Of a stretch of 64,000 nucleotides of DNA, positions 1 through 13,300 are shown in pieces. The notes under the pieces were generated by a model. That model saw only the letters and a program-made list of their open reading frames with translations. It was not told the origin of the DNA and searched no databases. The DNA is from Kiritimatiellia bacterium (GTDB lineage Bacteria > Verrucomicrobiota > Kiritimatiellia > RFP12 > JBMNHG01): the NCBI GenBank assembly GCA_050950285.1, contig JBMNHG010000003.1, positions 554,337 to 618,336 on the forward strand, in the 5' to 3' direction. The stretch's first letter is position 1; every line of letters begins with the position of its first letter. Position numbers and translations under genes: made by a program.

Positions 1-1945
1 TGGCGGGATCGCCCGTGACGGCGTCCGTCACCCGGAAGCCGGGAATCGTGTTCGCCACCTTGTCGGCGGCGAGGCGGATGTTGTCATAGCGGTACTGCGT
101 CTCGCCGAACGCGTAGGCGGTCATCTGGGCATGGATGTAGATGCCGCCGATGCCCTTTGTGGCCATTGAGCCATTGAGCGGGTAGACGCCTGGAGCATAC
201 GCCAGCTCGCCATCTGCGAGGCCGCCTTTCACGCGGAAGGTGCCGGACTCGGCATCGATTTCGACGACGGTGCGATAGCACTGGTTCCCGAGGGCGTTGG
301 GGATGTAGTCGACATGGCCATCGGGATAGCCTACGAGATAGCCTCTCTCGGCGCAGACGAAGTAGAGAAGGTTGTCGACATTGCCGCTGGCGTCCGGCGC
401 GGAACGGAGGATGACGGCCGGATAGACGACGCGGTTGGCGATCACATCGTAGAGGGTGTCGGTCGGAGGATAGCCGTAGCCCATGTCGAAGGAGAAGGTC
501 CACAGGCGGCCGTTGCCGGGATTGGCCGTCGTGCCGGTGAAGGGCGTGAGGTTCGGGGCCTCGAGCTGGAGGGTGCCGCAATCGCTGTTGTGGCCGAAGA
601 GCCGCGCGTGCTGGGACGTGAAGCCCAAGCCGGGCCGGGGCTGGTCGATGCCGGACCCACGCCATCCGTATCCATTGCGGTGGACGGCCGTCGGATGCTT
701 CATGCCGCCGTTGGCGTTGAAGGCTTCCGTCGCGATCGGGGTGCCTTCGTTCGCCCATTCCTCGCTCTCGAAGTCGAGGTTGAAGGCTTCGTATTTCGCG
801 ATCAGGGTCACGAGGACGTTCGTCGAAGCCGACACGCCGGCCTCGTTCATGCCGGCGAGGGTGACGATGTAGGGCTGTGCGCGCGGAGCGAGGGTGAGAT
901 AGTCCGCGGCGGGCGTCTGGTCCTCGGGGCAGGAAACGACGAGGCTCGAGAAGACGCCGAGGTTCGGCAGGGAACCTTTGTCGATGTCGGCAACGGTGAT
1001 GGTCGCGGACTGGTCGCCGAGGCAGGGCGGCGCGCAATCTTCCGCGATCATGGTCGGCGGCGTGTTCGAGTAGACGATGCCGTACGACGTGGAGTAGAGC
1101 GTGCTGTTCGTGGACTGGAGCCAGACATGGATGTCCACGAGCCCGCTCGGGTCGGTCTCGGGGAAGGCGATGGAGCCGGGGACGTCCGCGGGGTCGTAGG
1201 CGAGCCATCCGTCGGGATCGAGGTCGGCGGGGTCGGAGGAGAGGGAAACCTGGTATCGGTCGCAATCGTCCTTCACGGGGAAGACGGCGGCGTTCAATAC
1301 GTTCGTGCAGGTGTAGGCGGCGCTGCCCGTGATCGGATTCTTCAGCACCAAGTCCGTTGCCGCCAGCCGGTATGAGATGTCCGTGAAGAACTGGTCGTTG
1401 CGGTCCGTCATGCTCACGCGCACGTAGTCGCCGCCGCCGCCTTCCTGGAGCTTGATGGTGATGGAGTTGACGCCCGGCGAGAGGTAGTCGTCGCAGACGT
1501 GTTCCTGGCCGTCGTAGTTCTGGCGGTAGATCTGGCGCCCGTTGCAGAAGACCTTGAGATGGTCGTCATGGTAGAAGCGGTAGCGGACTTCGCGGGTGTC
1601 GGCGCCCGGCACGACAAGATAGATGTGGAAGTAGGCGACGTACTGGTCGGTGTCGGGCTTCCACATGCCGCTGGCGTCGACCGTCATCTCCGTCCAGGTG
1701 TAGGTGCCGGCGGCGCCGAGGTCGACCGTCATGCCGTCGAAGGGGCGGATGTTCGCCTCGCTGCCATGGCCATGGGCCTGGAAGATGTCGGAGTCGATGT
1801 TGCAGTATGCGGTGGGGATGTTTTGCTGGAGCGTCGATCCGAGATGGAGCATGTGCCGCCAGTAGCCCTGCGGCAGGAGTTGGGCATTGGCGAAGGCCGC
1901 GAAGCCGAAGACGGCGGTGGCCACAAGAATCGGACGTACTTTCAT
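1..1945 (-). CDS. Large secreted protein, truncated at window start (signal peptide; beta-rich, PA14/glycoside-hydrolase-like sugar-binding N-terminal segment)
   Basis: Read by hand because it is absent from the ORF track (runs off the edge). ATG at 1945 with GGAGG RBS; MKVRPILVATAVFGFAAFANAQ signal peptide; FYHDDHLKVFCNG motif; open to position 1. Confidence 0.75.
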   Translation of the reverse strand, partial: MKVRPILVATAVFGFAAFANAQLLPQGYWRHMLHLGSTLQQNIPTAYCNIDSDIFQAHGHGSEANIRPFDGMTVDLGAAGTYTWTEMTVDASGMWKPDTDQYVAYFHIYLVVPGADTREVRYRFYHDDHLKVFCNGRQIYRQNYDGQEHVCDDYLSPGVNSITIKLQEGGGGDYVRVSMTDRNDQFFTDISYRLAATDLVLKNPITGSAAYTCTNVLNAAVFPVKDDCDRYQVSLSSDPADLDPDGWLAYDPADVPGSIAFPETDPSGLVDIHVWLQSTNSTLYSTSYGIVYSNTPPTMIAEDCAPPCLGDQSATITVADIDKGSLPNLGVFSSLVVSCPEDQTPAADYLTLAPRAQPYIVTLAGMNEAGVSASTNVLVTLIAKYEAFNLDFESEEWANEGTPIATEAFNANGGMKHPTAVHRNGYGWRGSGIDQPRPGLGFTSQHARLFGHNSDCGTLQLEAPNLTPFTGTTANPGNGRLWTFSFDMGYGYPPTDTLYDVIANRVVYPAVILRSAPDASGNVDNLLYFVCAERGYLVGYPDGHVDYIPNALGNQCYRTVVEIDAESGTFRVKGGLADGELAYAPGVYPLNGSMATKGIGGIYIHAQMTAYAFGETQYRYDNIRLAADKVANTIPGFRVTDAVTGDPA

Positions 1946-2138
1946 GGATGCCTCCTGGGATGATCAGACCAAGGGAAGGATACCTTGGGAAAGGCTCCAA
2001 GGCAACCCTTTTGCGTCCGGAAATGCAACGGGAAGACGCCGCGGGGAAGCCTGCCGCGCATCGCGTCGGCGGCGTGCCGCGAATTTCGCGGCGCGCCGCC
2101 CGTGCATCCGCGAAGGGTCCGCCCATCGGTGTCGCGGG

Positions 2139-3137
<999 letters not shown>

Positions 3138-3322
3138 AAAGGGAAACCTCTCGTATGCGGCGAAAAACCTTCCGGGGGCGAAGATAGCGGAATCACGCCC
3201 GCGGTTCAATGCGATTCCGGCAGGCACCCCTTCTTCGCAGGGCGATGGCGCAGGCCCGTTGCGCGGGTTTCGCTTGCCACCGGCTTCCCATTCGATTATA
3301 TACGCCACCCGAAAGGATTTCC

Positions 3323-4207
3323 ATGAAACTGATCTTCGATACCGACATCGGCAGCGACATCGACGATGCGCTGGCCCTCGCCTATCTGTTGAAGGAGCCG
3401 CAGTGCGAACTGCTGGGCGTCACGACCGTCAGCGGGGAACCCGAACGGCGCGCCGCCATGGTTTCGGCGGTTTGCCGGAACCTCGGGCGCGACGACGTCC
3501 CCGTCCACGTGGGCTGCCCCCTCCCCCTCACGATCCCCCAGCGCCAGCGAAACGCCCCCCAGGCGGCAAGGCTGGGCGCATGGAGCCATGCCACCTTCGC
3601 CCGGGAAAACACCGCGATCGAATTCCTGCGGAAGACCATCCGCGCGAACCCCGGCGATGTCACGCTCCTCTGCACGGGACCGCTCACGAACGCCGCGACG
3701 CTGTTCGCCGTCGACCCCGAAATCCCCGCGCTCCTCCAAGGGCTGGTCTTGATGTGCGGACGCTTTTTCGACGCTCTCGGAGGGGAATGGAACGCGATCC
3801 TCGATCCCTGCGCGACCGCGATCGTCTACGGCAACCACGCGCACGCCCGGCCGCCTTCGCACGTGAGCTACGGGCTGGACGTGACCATGCGGGTGACGCT
3901 CCATCGCGACGAGGCGCGCCGCCGTTTCGCGGGAATCCAGGCGCTCGCTCCCGTGGCGGACTTCGCGGAGGTCTGGTTCGAACGGAGCGAGCGCGTCGTC
4001 TTCCACGACCCCCTCGCGGCCGTCGGCGTCTTCCACCCGGACGTCTGCGACTACCGGGATTGCTTCGTGGAGGTCTCCCGGCACGAGCCCACTCTGGGAT
4101 GGACGGTCCCCACCTGGAGGGACGATCGCCCGAACGTCCATCGAATCGCCAGCGACGTTCGCCCGGAGTCGTTTTTCGACCTCTATTTTGAAACGCTTCG
4201 GCGATAA
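3323..4207 (+). CDS. Inosine/uridine-preferring nucleoside hydrolase
   Basis: N-terminal DTDIGSDIDDA motif, TGPLTN, EWN, FHDPLA. Confidence 0.92.
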   Translation: MKLIFDTDIGSDIDDALALAYLLKEPQCELLGVTTVSGEPERRAAMVSAVCRNLGRDDVPVHVGCPLPLTIPQRQRNAPQAARLGAWSHATFARENTAIEFLRKTIRANPGDVTLLCTGPLTNAATLFAVDPEIPALLQGLVLMCGRFFDALGGEWNAILDPCATAIVYGNHAHARPPSHVSYGLDVTMRVTLHRDEARRRFAGIQALAPVADFAEVWFERSERVVFHDPLAAVGVFHPDVCDYRDCFVEVSRHEPTLGWTVPTWRDDRPNVHRIASDVRPESFFDLYFETLRR

Positions 4208-4228
4208 AACCCCGGAAGGTGTGGCGCC

Positions 4229-4714
4229 ATGAGGCTGAAATTCATGTTGGCATCCGCATTCGGGCTGGGGCTTGCGCCCGTCGCCCCAGGCACCTTCGGC
4301 GCCCTGCTGGGGCTCGCCTGGCATCTTGTGCCCCTGCTGGCCGGCCTGGAGGGCCTCCCCTTGCGGCTCTGGTGCTTTCTCGGCATCGGACTGTTCACCG
4401 GGCTGCACTATTGGCTGACCCCGTGGGCGCAGGCGTATTGGAACGACGACGATCCGAAGCACTTCGTCCTCGACGAGAGCGTCGGCTATCTGGTTCTTCC
4501 CGCCTGTTGCCTGCACCCCCTCTCGCTCGACAACTGGAAGTTCGCCGTGGCCGGATTCGTGGTGGAACGGATCTTCGACATCATCAAGCCCCCCGGCGCA
4601 CGCTATTTCGACCGGAAGGTCCACACCGCCAGCGGCGTTCTGCTGGACGACGTGATCGCGGGGTTGTATGCGGTCGTGGTGATGGCGGTGGTCGCGCACT
4701 TCCGGGCGCCTTGA
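4229..4714 (+). CDS. pgpA: Phosphatidylglycerophosphatase A family
   Basis: GLAPVAPGTFG, DPKHFVLDE, RIFDIIKP, GVLLDDVIAG motifs. Confidence 0.9.
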   Translation: MRLKFMLASAFGLGLAPVAPGTFGALLGLAWHLVPLLAGLEGLPLRLWCFLGIGLFTGLHYWLTPWAQAYWNDDDPKHFVLDESVGYLVLPACCLHPLSLDNWKFAVAGFVVERIFDIIKPPGARYFDRKVHTASGVLLDDVIAGLYAVVVMAVVAHFRAP

Positions 4715-4744
4715 TGCGTGGATCGGGCCGGTCCGCCCGTGCCG

Positions 4745-7021
4745 TCACTCCACGCCCGGTGCGAGGCGGAAGGCCTCGAGGGTGAACGCTTCCGTCCCGG
4801 ACTCGAAATCGAGCTCGTTGTAGAGCGAGCGCGCCAGCGCATCGGGCGGCAGGCGGCACCGGAAGGGCGTGCCCTCCGGCGTGGCCGTGGTTGTCGCCAC
4901 CGGCTGCCGGTTGAGCGTCACCGTCACGCTCGCCGGTACCGCCGCCCGCAGGGTCGCCTCCGCGCACGGAAGTTTCCGCGCCAGATCGGTGCGGAAGATG
5001 CGGCGTATGAGATGCGCCGGCGCCTGCGGCTTGAGCCGCATCAGCGCGTAGGTGTCGTCCCGGTCGATGACCTCGGCAATCCCGGCATAGTGTCCGGCAA
5101 GGTCGGCAGGCAGGTCTGCCGCCGCCCGGCGGACGTAGGGCGGGTAGCTGGCGTGCAGGTCGTTTGCGGACAATTCGGGGTCGTTTCCATCGATGAGCAG
5201 CAGGGGTTCCGGCCAGATGTTGATCAGCAGGGCATGGACGCGCGACGCGTCGTGATTGCCGACCGCCTCCTGGATCTTGCGCGCGTAGAGTGGCTTGAAG
5301 CCTCCCCAGCCAAAGACCGAGAGGTGGCGTTCGCGCAGCAGGGCGAACATGCGCATGCTCTCGCGGTAGCGCTCGTTCATGGGGATCATGGCCAGCGAGA
5401 AGGGCGTCGTCCGTTCGTCGAGCCGGCGGAAAACCGGCGAGTCGGCGGCGCGCTCGACGGGCCGGAAGCCCCGCCGGGGAATCTGGACGTTGAGCGACTC
5501 GATGCCGGAGAGCCCCAGCAGCAGGAGCGCCAGCAGCCGGCCGACGGCCTTCCCGGTGCGCCCCCGCGCGGCCAGCGCGCGGTATAGACGGTCGAACGCC
5601 ACGCCGGCGGCGACGATCAGGAAGATCAGGACGATCACGCCGAAACGCGAGACCACGCGGAAGCTGGTGAGCATCGGCAGCCAGTGGCGGTAGGCGCTGA
5701 GGTAGAGGGTGTTGGGCGTGTGGGCGATGGCTGTCCGGATGGTCTCGCCATAGTCGCCGACGGAGAGATAGGGGCCCAGCGAGAGGAAGAAGCAGAAGAG
5801 CGCCGCCGCCAGCAGGCCGAGGAGAAAGCGGTTGTTGTCTCCCTGCGGTACGGGAAAAAGGCAGAGGAGGGAGGTCAGCAGCACGCAGAGCAGCGCCGTC
5901 ATATCCCAGGCGCGCAACAGCGGTGCCGAGGCGATGCCGATGCGGTTCTGCAGCAGCAGGGTGATCGACGCGAAACCCAGCGCCGCAAGCAGGAGCGCGG
6001 TCAGCAGCCCCTTGAACCAGCGGCCTGCCGCCGGATGGCGGTAGGCCCGCCGGCCCCATGTCGCGAGCGCCAGCAGGGCCAGCGCCAGCACGGGCAGCGT
6101 CGGGTAGAGGCTCAGCTCGTCCAGACGCGCGTTGATGCTCCAGGGGGTGTGGTGGTTGAAGGGCAGCAGATAGCTGAGCGGCTGGGCGGAGTGGACGACT
6201 ACCTCGCCGAGCGGTCGCCGCATGCCGCCGCTGGAGCGCTGCAGCAGGTAGGGGGTCAGCAACGGATGGATCAGGGCGAGGCCGGCCAGCATTCCGGTAC
6301 CGGCCGTCCGCCAGAAGCGGCGCGTGAAGAGCCGCCTCGGCGCGCCCGCCAGAAGGGCGATGACGATGAAGGGCGTGGTGAGCACCAGGAAGACGGCCTG
6401 GTAGAGCTCGCAGACGGCCTGCAGCCACCAGGCGAAGGCCAGCCCGACGGCGTCGGCCGCCCGCTGGTGTCGCAGGAAGCGCAGCAGGAAGAGGTAGAAG
6501 AGCGGCAGGGCGAAGATCAGCTGCATCTGGAACTCGACCATGTAGCTGATCCGGTGGGGCAGGGTGCAGTAGAGCAGCCCGCCGCAGAAGGCGGCGGCGC
6601 GCCCGAGCCCCAGCTCGCGCAGCAGCGCATACATGCAGGGGGCCGAGAGCGCCCAGAAGACGACCAGGACGACGTGGTAGACGAATTCAGGAGACCAGGC
6701 GGTCCAGCGGAAGAGCGCCGCCGCCAGCAGCGCCGGCGGCCACTGGAGCGCCTCGTAGTAGAGCGCGCCGGCATGGGGATAGAGGACGTTGGCCTCGCTG
6801 GACGTCAGAAAGAGGTCGCCGCGCAGGATGTTGCGCGCCATGAATTCCAGCTTCCAGGCATGGAAGGGCGGATCCCAGTGCGCCAGGAGCTCGCCGTTGA
6901 AGTGCTGTACCCACGGCCAGGTCAGCAGCAGGATGGCGCCGACTGCCGCGATAAAGAGCAGGCAGCCCGTCAGACAGGCGCGGATCAGGTCGCGGAAACG
7001 TGTGGATGTGGCGCTAGGCAT
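4745..7021 (-). CDS. Polytopic membrane protein, probable GT-C-fold (YfhO/PMT-like) glycosyltransferase
   Basis: 758 aa with many TM segments; N-terminal HWDPPFHAW/NVLYPH loop; LSLGP and FRVVSRF motifs. Confidence 0.6.
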   Translation of the reverse strand: MPSATSTRFRDLIRACLTGCLLFIAAVGAILLLTWPWVQHFNGELLAHWDPPFHAWKLEFMARNILRGDLFLTSSEANVLYPHAGALYYEALQWPPALLAAALFRWTAWSPEFVYHVVLVVFWALSAPCMYALLRELGLGRAAAFCGGLLYCTLPHRISYMVEFQMQLIFALPLFYLFLLRFLRHQRAADAVGLAFAWWLQAVCELYQAVFLVLTTPFIVIALLAGAPRRLFTRRFWRTAGTGMLAGLALIHPLLTPYLLQRSSGGMRRPLGEVVVHSAQPLSYLLPFNHHTPWSINARLDELSLYPTLPVLALALLALATWGRRAYRHPAAGRWFKGLLTALLLAALGFASITLLLQNRIGIASAPLLRAWDMTALLCVLLTSLLCLFPVPQGDNNRFLLGLLAAALFCFFLSLGPYLSVGDYGETIRTAIAHTPNTLYLSAYRHWLPMLTSFRVVSRFGVIVLIFLIVAAGVAFDRLYRALAARGRTGKAVGRLLALLLLGLSGIESLNVQIPRRGFRPVERAADSPVFRRLDERTTPFSLAMIPMNERYRESMRMFALLRERHLSVFGWGGFKPLYARKIQEAVGNHDASRVHALLINIWPEPLLLIDGNDPELSANDLHASYPPYVRRAAADLPADLAGHYAGIAEVIDRDDTYALMRLKPQAPAHLIRRIFRTDLARKLPCAEATLRAAVPASVTVTLNRQPVATTTATPEGTPFRCRLPPDALARSLYNELDFESGTEAFTLEAFRLAPGVE

Positions 7022-7155
7022 GGGCGGAGACTGCGGGTATCGCCGCCCATCTTATTCCGTCAGACGGAAATCGGACAGCGAAAAAGGAATCGGCTGGCGA
7101 CAAGGGTGGGCCAGAGGGGACCGGAAGGGAAGAGGCGCTTGCAAAACCTCTTGTC

Positions 7156-7213
7156 CCTGGGGACCGCCGTCCCCGGCGGGCCGGCTGGAGGGACGACCTC
7201 CGTGTCGTCCGGC
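7156..7213. repeat. REP-like intergenic palindromic repeat, copy 1
   Basis: 58 bp matching 45462-45519 with 2 mismatches. Confidence 0.8.
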
Positions 7214-7396
7214 TCGGTTTCGCAAGAGCCTCGGGAAATGAAATAGGGTTGCCGCCGCCGTTGGCCCGTGCTACGCTCCCCACCATGGATACAGGTTGCA
7301 TTTCCCTTGGGCCGCGGTTCCGGCGGCGCGCCGTTTTTCTCCGGGCCGTCGCCGCCTGTACTGCCGACGGCGCCGTGATCCTTCCGAGGTAGAGCC

Positions 7397-10300
7397 ATGG
7401 GACTCCTGCAGTCGATACGCCATTGGATGTTCGCGGGCGCCTGCCTGCTGGCCGGCGTGCCGCTGCTCTTCTGCCTCGGCGCCTGGGCCGGGACGTCGCC
7501 CGGCCTGCGCCGCCTCTTCCGCGCTCTCGGCGACCGGTTCCGCTCGCTTTCGCCCTCCGTCAGGGCGGTGCTCTCCGCCCTCCTGGTGGTCGCCACCCTG
7601 CACGGCGTCCCGAAGGTGCCGCCCGGCGGCAACGCCCTGTTTCACGGCCCTCCCCCGGCGGGCATGGTCTCCGGCGGCCTCCCGGCGCGGCCCGCGCGCG
7701 GCCCCTCCTCCGGCCCCCGCCTGACCGCCGGCCAGTACCGGGCCGGCGTCGCGCTCGCGCGCGTCGCCACCAACCCGTCTCCCGCCCTGGCCTCCGTCCC
7801 GTCGAACGCCGTCGTCCACGCCCCCTGGACCCGCTACGGGGTGGCCGAGGACACCTTCTGGCTCCCCGCCACCAACTGGTCCTTCACCCTCGGCACCAAC
7901 CGCGTCGGGGGGCTGCACGTCTCCAGCAGCGGCACGCTCTCCTTCGGTTGGCCCAAGGGCTCGCCCCGCGCCCGCCGGATGCCCGACGGCTCGGGCCTCG
8001 ACTTCCTCGCCCCCCTGCAGACCTCCCTCGGCATCGTCCCGCCGGCCGGACGCTTCTGGCACGCCCCGACCGCCTCCAACAGCCTGCTGCTCGCCTGGCA
8101 GGACGTCTTCGCCGGCCGCGACGCCGGCCTCCCCGTCACCTTCCAGGCCGAACTCTTCCCCTCCGGCGACTTCGTCTACCGCTACGACCTGTCCCGGCTG
8201 TCCGCCACCAACGCGCCGCCCGCCACCAACTGGGTCGTCGGCGCCCAGCACGGCGGCGGCGGCGAGACCTTCGCCTTCGGCGGCACGGGCGTCCTCGTCC
8301 ACGGCCTCGAACTCCACTGGCGCGCCTTCGGCATGCTCGATCCGGACGTCGCCGACCACGACGGCGACGGACTCTCCACCTACGACGAGGTGATGGTCCA
8401 CGGCACCGACCCCCGCCTGCCCGACACCGACCTCGACGGCGTTTTGGACGGCGCCGAAGTCGCCGCCGGAACGAGTCCGCTGCTCCGCGACACCGACGGC
8501 GACGGGCTCGTCGACGGCTCCGACCCCGACCCGCTGTCCCCGACGCCGTCCGACGACCTCGACGGCGACGGCATCCCCGACGCCTGCGAAACGGCGAAGT
8601 TCGGCGGCACCAACGCGGTGGACAGCCTCGATTTCGACCCCGGCGGAACCGGCTTCCCGCTCTCGACGAAGATCGCCGCGGGCATGGACCCCTTCGCGGA
8701 GGCTTCCGCTCCGACGAACCTCGCCTGGAACCTCGCCTCCCTCAAGCTCTTCGACGCCTTCCGGTGCGACCTCCCCGCCGACGGCACGAACCGGGTGTAC
8801 GAACGCACCTTCACGATCGACCGCAAAGGCGGCTGGCAGCAGTACTTCCTCTCCGCCTCCTCGAATGCGCCCGCAGGCTGGTCGCTCGACGGCATGGCGC
8901 TCGAGTGGGCCGACTCCGAAGGCGGAAGCGGCACCGCGACCGCCTCGCCGCCCGACGACAGCCTCTGGCTCCCCGTGTCGACGAACGCGCTGCAACTGAC
9001 GCTCGCGCTCCGCGCCACCTCGACGAATTCGACCTGCCCACAGCCGCTGTACCTGCTGGCCTGGGCGCCGGGCGTCCTCGTGGACGGCGCCGGGGCGGCG
9101 GCGGAAATCAACGGCGCGCGCTGCCAGGCCGTCGAATGGACGGGCGGCGGGACGTCGGTCGGCGTCCGCTACGACTTCTCCAACCGCCCCTGCCGCGCCG
9201 CGCCCTCCGAGATGGAGCAGGCCGCGCTCCTCGACCCCTTCCCCGGCGAAGCCCGCCTCGCCTTCACGCCGAACGACGCCTTCACGGGCGGTTCGCTCGC
9301 GGCGAAGGCGCCCGGCATCTACGACGTGCCCGGATGCACGATCGCCCCCGCGCCGCCCCCGGCGCGGCGGGGCGCCCGGGGCGCGGGCGGCAGGGACGAC
9401 CCCGGGGAAGGCCCGGTCGAACGCCTCCTCTTCTTCGATCCCCGCATCGCCTACGGCGACGGCCGCCACGGCGGATGCGGGACCACGCTCTTCTTCGACG
9501 CCGCGACGGGCGACTACGAGCCCGCTTCCGACTACCCCCTCGACAGCCGGTGCCTCCGGGAGGGCTGGCGGCAGGATGCCACGGGCGGCCACCCGTGCGA
9601 CTGCAGGGCCGAAATCGGCTACGGCGACCCGGCGCTGGCCGCGTACTTCGACGAAACCGTCGAAGACGACGGCCTTCGCGCCACCGGCACCATCTTCTTC
9701 GACGGCAGGCCGGTCTGGAGCGGGGAGGCCATCCACCGCGTCGGCGAAAGATGCCACGACCCCTTCTACGACGAATGCGGCGACTGCGCGTCCGGATGCG
9801 CCGACGGCGACTGCGACGGCCTCGAAGGCGACGGCCTCGGCTCGCTCGCCTTCCGCATCCCCCTCGGCATCCCCCGCGACGGCCAGGTCTCCGGCTTCCT
9901 CTGGTTCCGGGCGACGGAGCCGCTGCTCGTCGCGCCCGCCACCTTCAACCTGCTCGCCCGCGACGACGCCGCCGTCGCCGAAAGCGCCGCCGGCGGAACC
10001 CGCACCATCGCCTGCTCCGACGCCCGAGGCCGCACCGTCGTCGTCGAACCCATCGCCCATGGCGTCCGGATCACCGTCCGCAAGACCGCCGGCGACGAAC
10101 TGGAGCACGTCTGGGAGATCGCCAACGTCGGCGGGAGCCCGCGCCAAGTCGCGTTCAAGAAGATCAGCCGCCGGGACAACGTCATGCGCGACGTCGTCTA
10201 CTCATATCGTGGGGATGGGGAGTGGGCGTGCTTCGACAACATCGCGCAGACCTCAGAGCAAGTGCTCCGCACCGACACGCTCGACGACGGCCCCCACGGC

Positions 10301-13300
10301 GTCCTCCGCGAGGAGCGCATCGTGCGCGACGCCGCCGGCGCGATCCTCTCGCGGGACGTCGCCGAGTCCCGGCGCTTCGGCTGCGGCCGGGACGCGACGC
10401 TCCGCCAGACCTACCACGCCACGCTCGGCCTCGAGCCCGACGGCGCGCCCGGCCTGGTCGAAGACCATGCCTCCTACTGGACGGACGACGCCCACCCCCG
10501 CCGCAACGGACGCCCCCGCCTCGTTTGGGGCGAGTCGCGCCCGTGGAGCTACCAGGCCTGGGACGCCGAGGGCCGCGAAATCCTCCGCCTCGACCCGCTC
10601 GACGGCTCGGCGGCACCCCTGGATTTTGTCGATCAGTCCGATCCGACCGATCTGACCGATCTGTCCGATCACCCCGGCCTGGCCGCCATCGCCACCGTCT
10701 CCGACTACGCGCCGCTGGCGGGCGATTCCAATCCGCTCGCCGCCTTCGATTCCGTCCGCACCGAGTCGCGCCACCTCGTCCGCGACGGCGCGGCGACGTG
10801 CATCGGGCGCACGTGGCACGTCCACACCGTCGGCACGGACACGGTGGGCCGCGCCTTCGCGACCGTGAAGACGGTCCGCGCCTGTTCCCCGGACGCCGCT
10901 TTCGGCGACCCCGGCAACGCCGTCTCGACCATCACCCGCTTCGACGCCGACGCCCCCGGCATCCCGTTGCTCCTGCGCGGCCGCCCGCTCGAATCCACCG
11001 ACGAAGACGGCGTGACCACCGCCTGCGACTACGCCCTCGGCGACTACGACCCCGCCACCCGCACCTTCGCCCCCGGCGGCGCAAAAACCGCGCTCCGCAC
11101 GATCGCCCGGCGCTGGTATCGGTCCAATCCGTCCGATACGTCCGACCTGACCATCCAGGACGCCGCGCACGGCACGACGCTCTACTCCGCAACCCTCCTT
11201 CACGCCACCGGCGCCACGCTCGACTGGCAGGCGCACCTCTACGACGACAAGAACCGCCTCCGCTCCACGCTCTACTCCGACGGCTCCATCTCCACCAACG
11301 CCTACTCCTGCTGCCGCCTGCTCTGGACGCAGGATCGCGACGGCTTCAAGACCCTCCGCTCCGCCGAAACCGGCAAAGACCACCTCTATTACGCCATGGA
11401 AGAGGTGTCGCTTGCCCAGTTGCCCGGATACGGCTACGGCCATCGCACGACGATGCATTTCATGGACGCCCTCGGCAGGGAGACCAACACCGTCGTGACG
11501 GCGGTCGGCGAGCCCGGGGACGCCGTCACCCCCGATTGCGGGACGCTCGGCTTCACGGCTTCCGAAACGACGACGTACCCGGACGGCATCGGCGACCACG
11601 CCGTCCACGTCGATCGGCGCGGGGTTCGCACGGTCACGACGCGCACGTCGCACGCCGACCGCGAGGAGAGCGTCACCCTGACGTTCTCGCCGGCGAACCC
11701 CGACGTTTGCGTCGTGGCGAGCACGAACATCGCCTACCGGAACGGGCGTTCCATCGCCATCCGAAGCTGGGACGGCGGCTGGACGCGCGAAACCTCGTGG
11801 AGCGATTACGCCGCCGACGGAACACGGCGATCCTTCTCCGTCACCGAGGCGTCCGATTCACCGAACGCGGTCACGAATCAAATTTCGCACAGCGATTTCC
11901 TCGGGCGGACGGTGGCGACGCTGAGGCCCGGCGCCGCAGGCGCCTGGCTCGTCACCTCGAACGCCTACGACGGCGCGACCTCGCGCCTGGTTCGCTCGGA
12001 AACGACCGGTCAGCCTGCCACGACCTACCTCTACGACGAGCGCGGCGAGATGGCGGCGACCGTCCAAAGCGGCGTCAAGACCGCGTCTGAGACCCGCTAC
12101 GAGAACATCGCCGGGGCATGGTGGCGGGTGGACGTCCGCAGCACGTCGCGCGAGGGCGTCACCAACGCCGTCGCGACGACCCGCCGGCAGTTGACGGGGC
12201 TTTCCAACGCCCTGCGGAGCCGCACGGTGAACACCGGCCCGAACGGCTCGACGACGACGGAATCGGGCAGCTACAACCCGCAGACCTGCGAGGTGACGAC
12301 GGTTCGCGCAACCGATTCGGCGACGCCGCTTGTCACCGTCTCGAAGTTCGGGCGTTCAATTCGCCGCGAGACGCTGCGCGAAACCGTTTACAACTATTTC
12401 GATCCGCTCGGGCGCGTTGCATACTCGGAAACGCGCGACCCTGAAACGGGCGTCTATTCCCATTTCCGCTGGTCGGGACTCGACGAGTCCGACAACGAGA
12501 CCCGCTACGGCATTTATTATTACGACGACGATCTGCACGTCACTGGATCGAGAACCTTCGACGCCTTCGGCCGCGAAACGTCCCGCACCGACGCCCTCGG
12601 CAACACCGTCACCAACACCTACGACGCCCTCGGGCGTCCGGTTGCCGCCACCGGCGCGGCCTACCCCGTGGCCTACGGATACGACGCCGCCGGCCGCATG
12701 GCCGCCCTCGCCACCGCCCGCGGCAACGCCGCCGGCTTCGCCGCCCTCGCCGTCCAGCTTGCCGGAGGCGCGTCCCTCGCATCCCTTGCGTCCCCTGCGT
12801 CCCTCGATCTCACCGCCTGGAACTACGACCACGCCACGGGGCTTGCCACCAACAAGGTCTACGCCGACGGATCAGCCGTGTCCTACGCCTACACCCCCGA
12901 CGGCAAGCCGCTCCGCACGGCATGGGCGCGTGGAGCGTGGAAGGAGAACGCCTACAACCCCGACGGGCTGTTGACAGGCGTCTCGTACTCCGACGCCACG
13001 CCTGCCGCCGCGCTCGGGTACGATGCCTTCCAGCGCCCCGCCTTTGCCTCCAACGCCGTCGCGCGATACGCCTACCAGAACAGCCACCTCGGCACCGCCA
13101 CCAACGAGACGGCCATGGTTGGCGGCGACACCGCGACCTTGACCCGTACCCTGGACCATCGCCACCGCCTGGCGGAACTGCGCAGCGGCAATGCCGCTCC
13201 CGTCCATTACGGCTACGACTCCGAAAGCCGTCTTTCCACCGTCTCGAATGATGCCTTTTCGGCAAGCTACGCATATACTGATGACGCCTGGGACGCCGGA

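Noticed and set aside
7271..12090. Long overlapping ORFs (958 aa minus strand, 1555 aa plus strand) and similar shadows over the chaperone, infB and 40-45 kb genes
   Set aside because: Arg/Pro/Gly-rich shadow frames expected in high-GC coding DNA.
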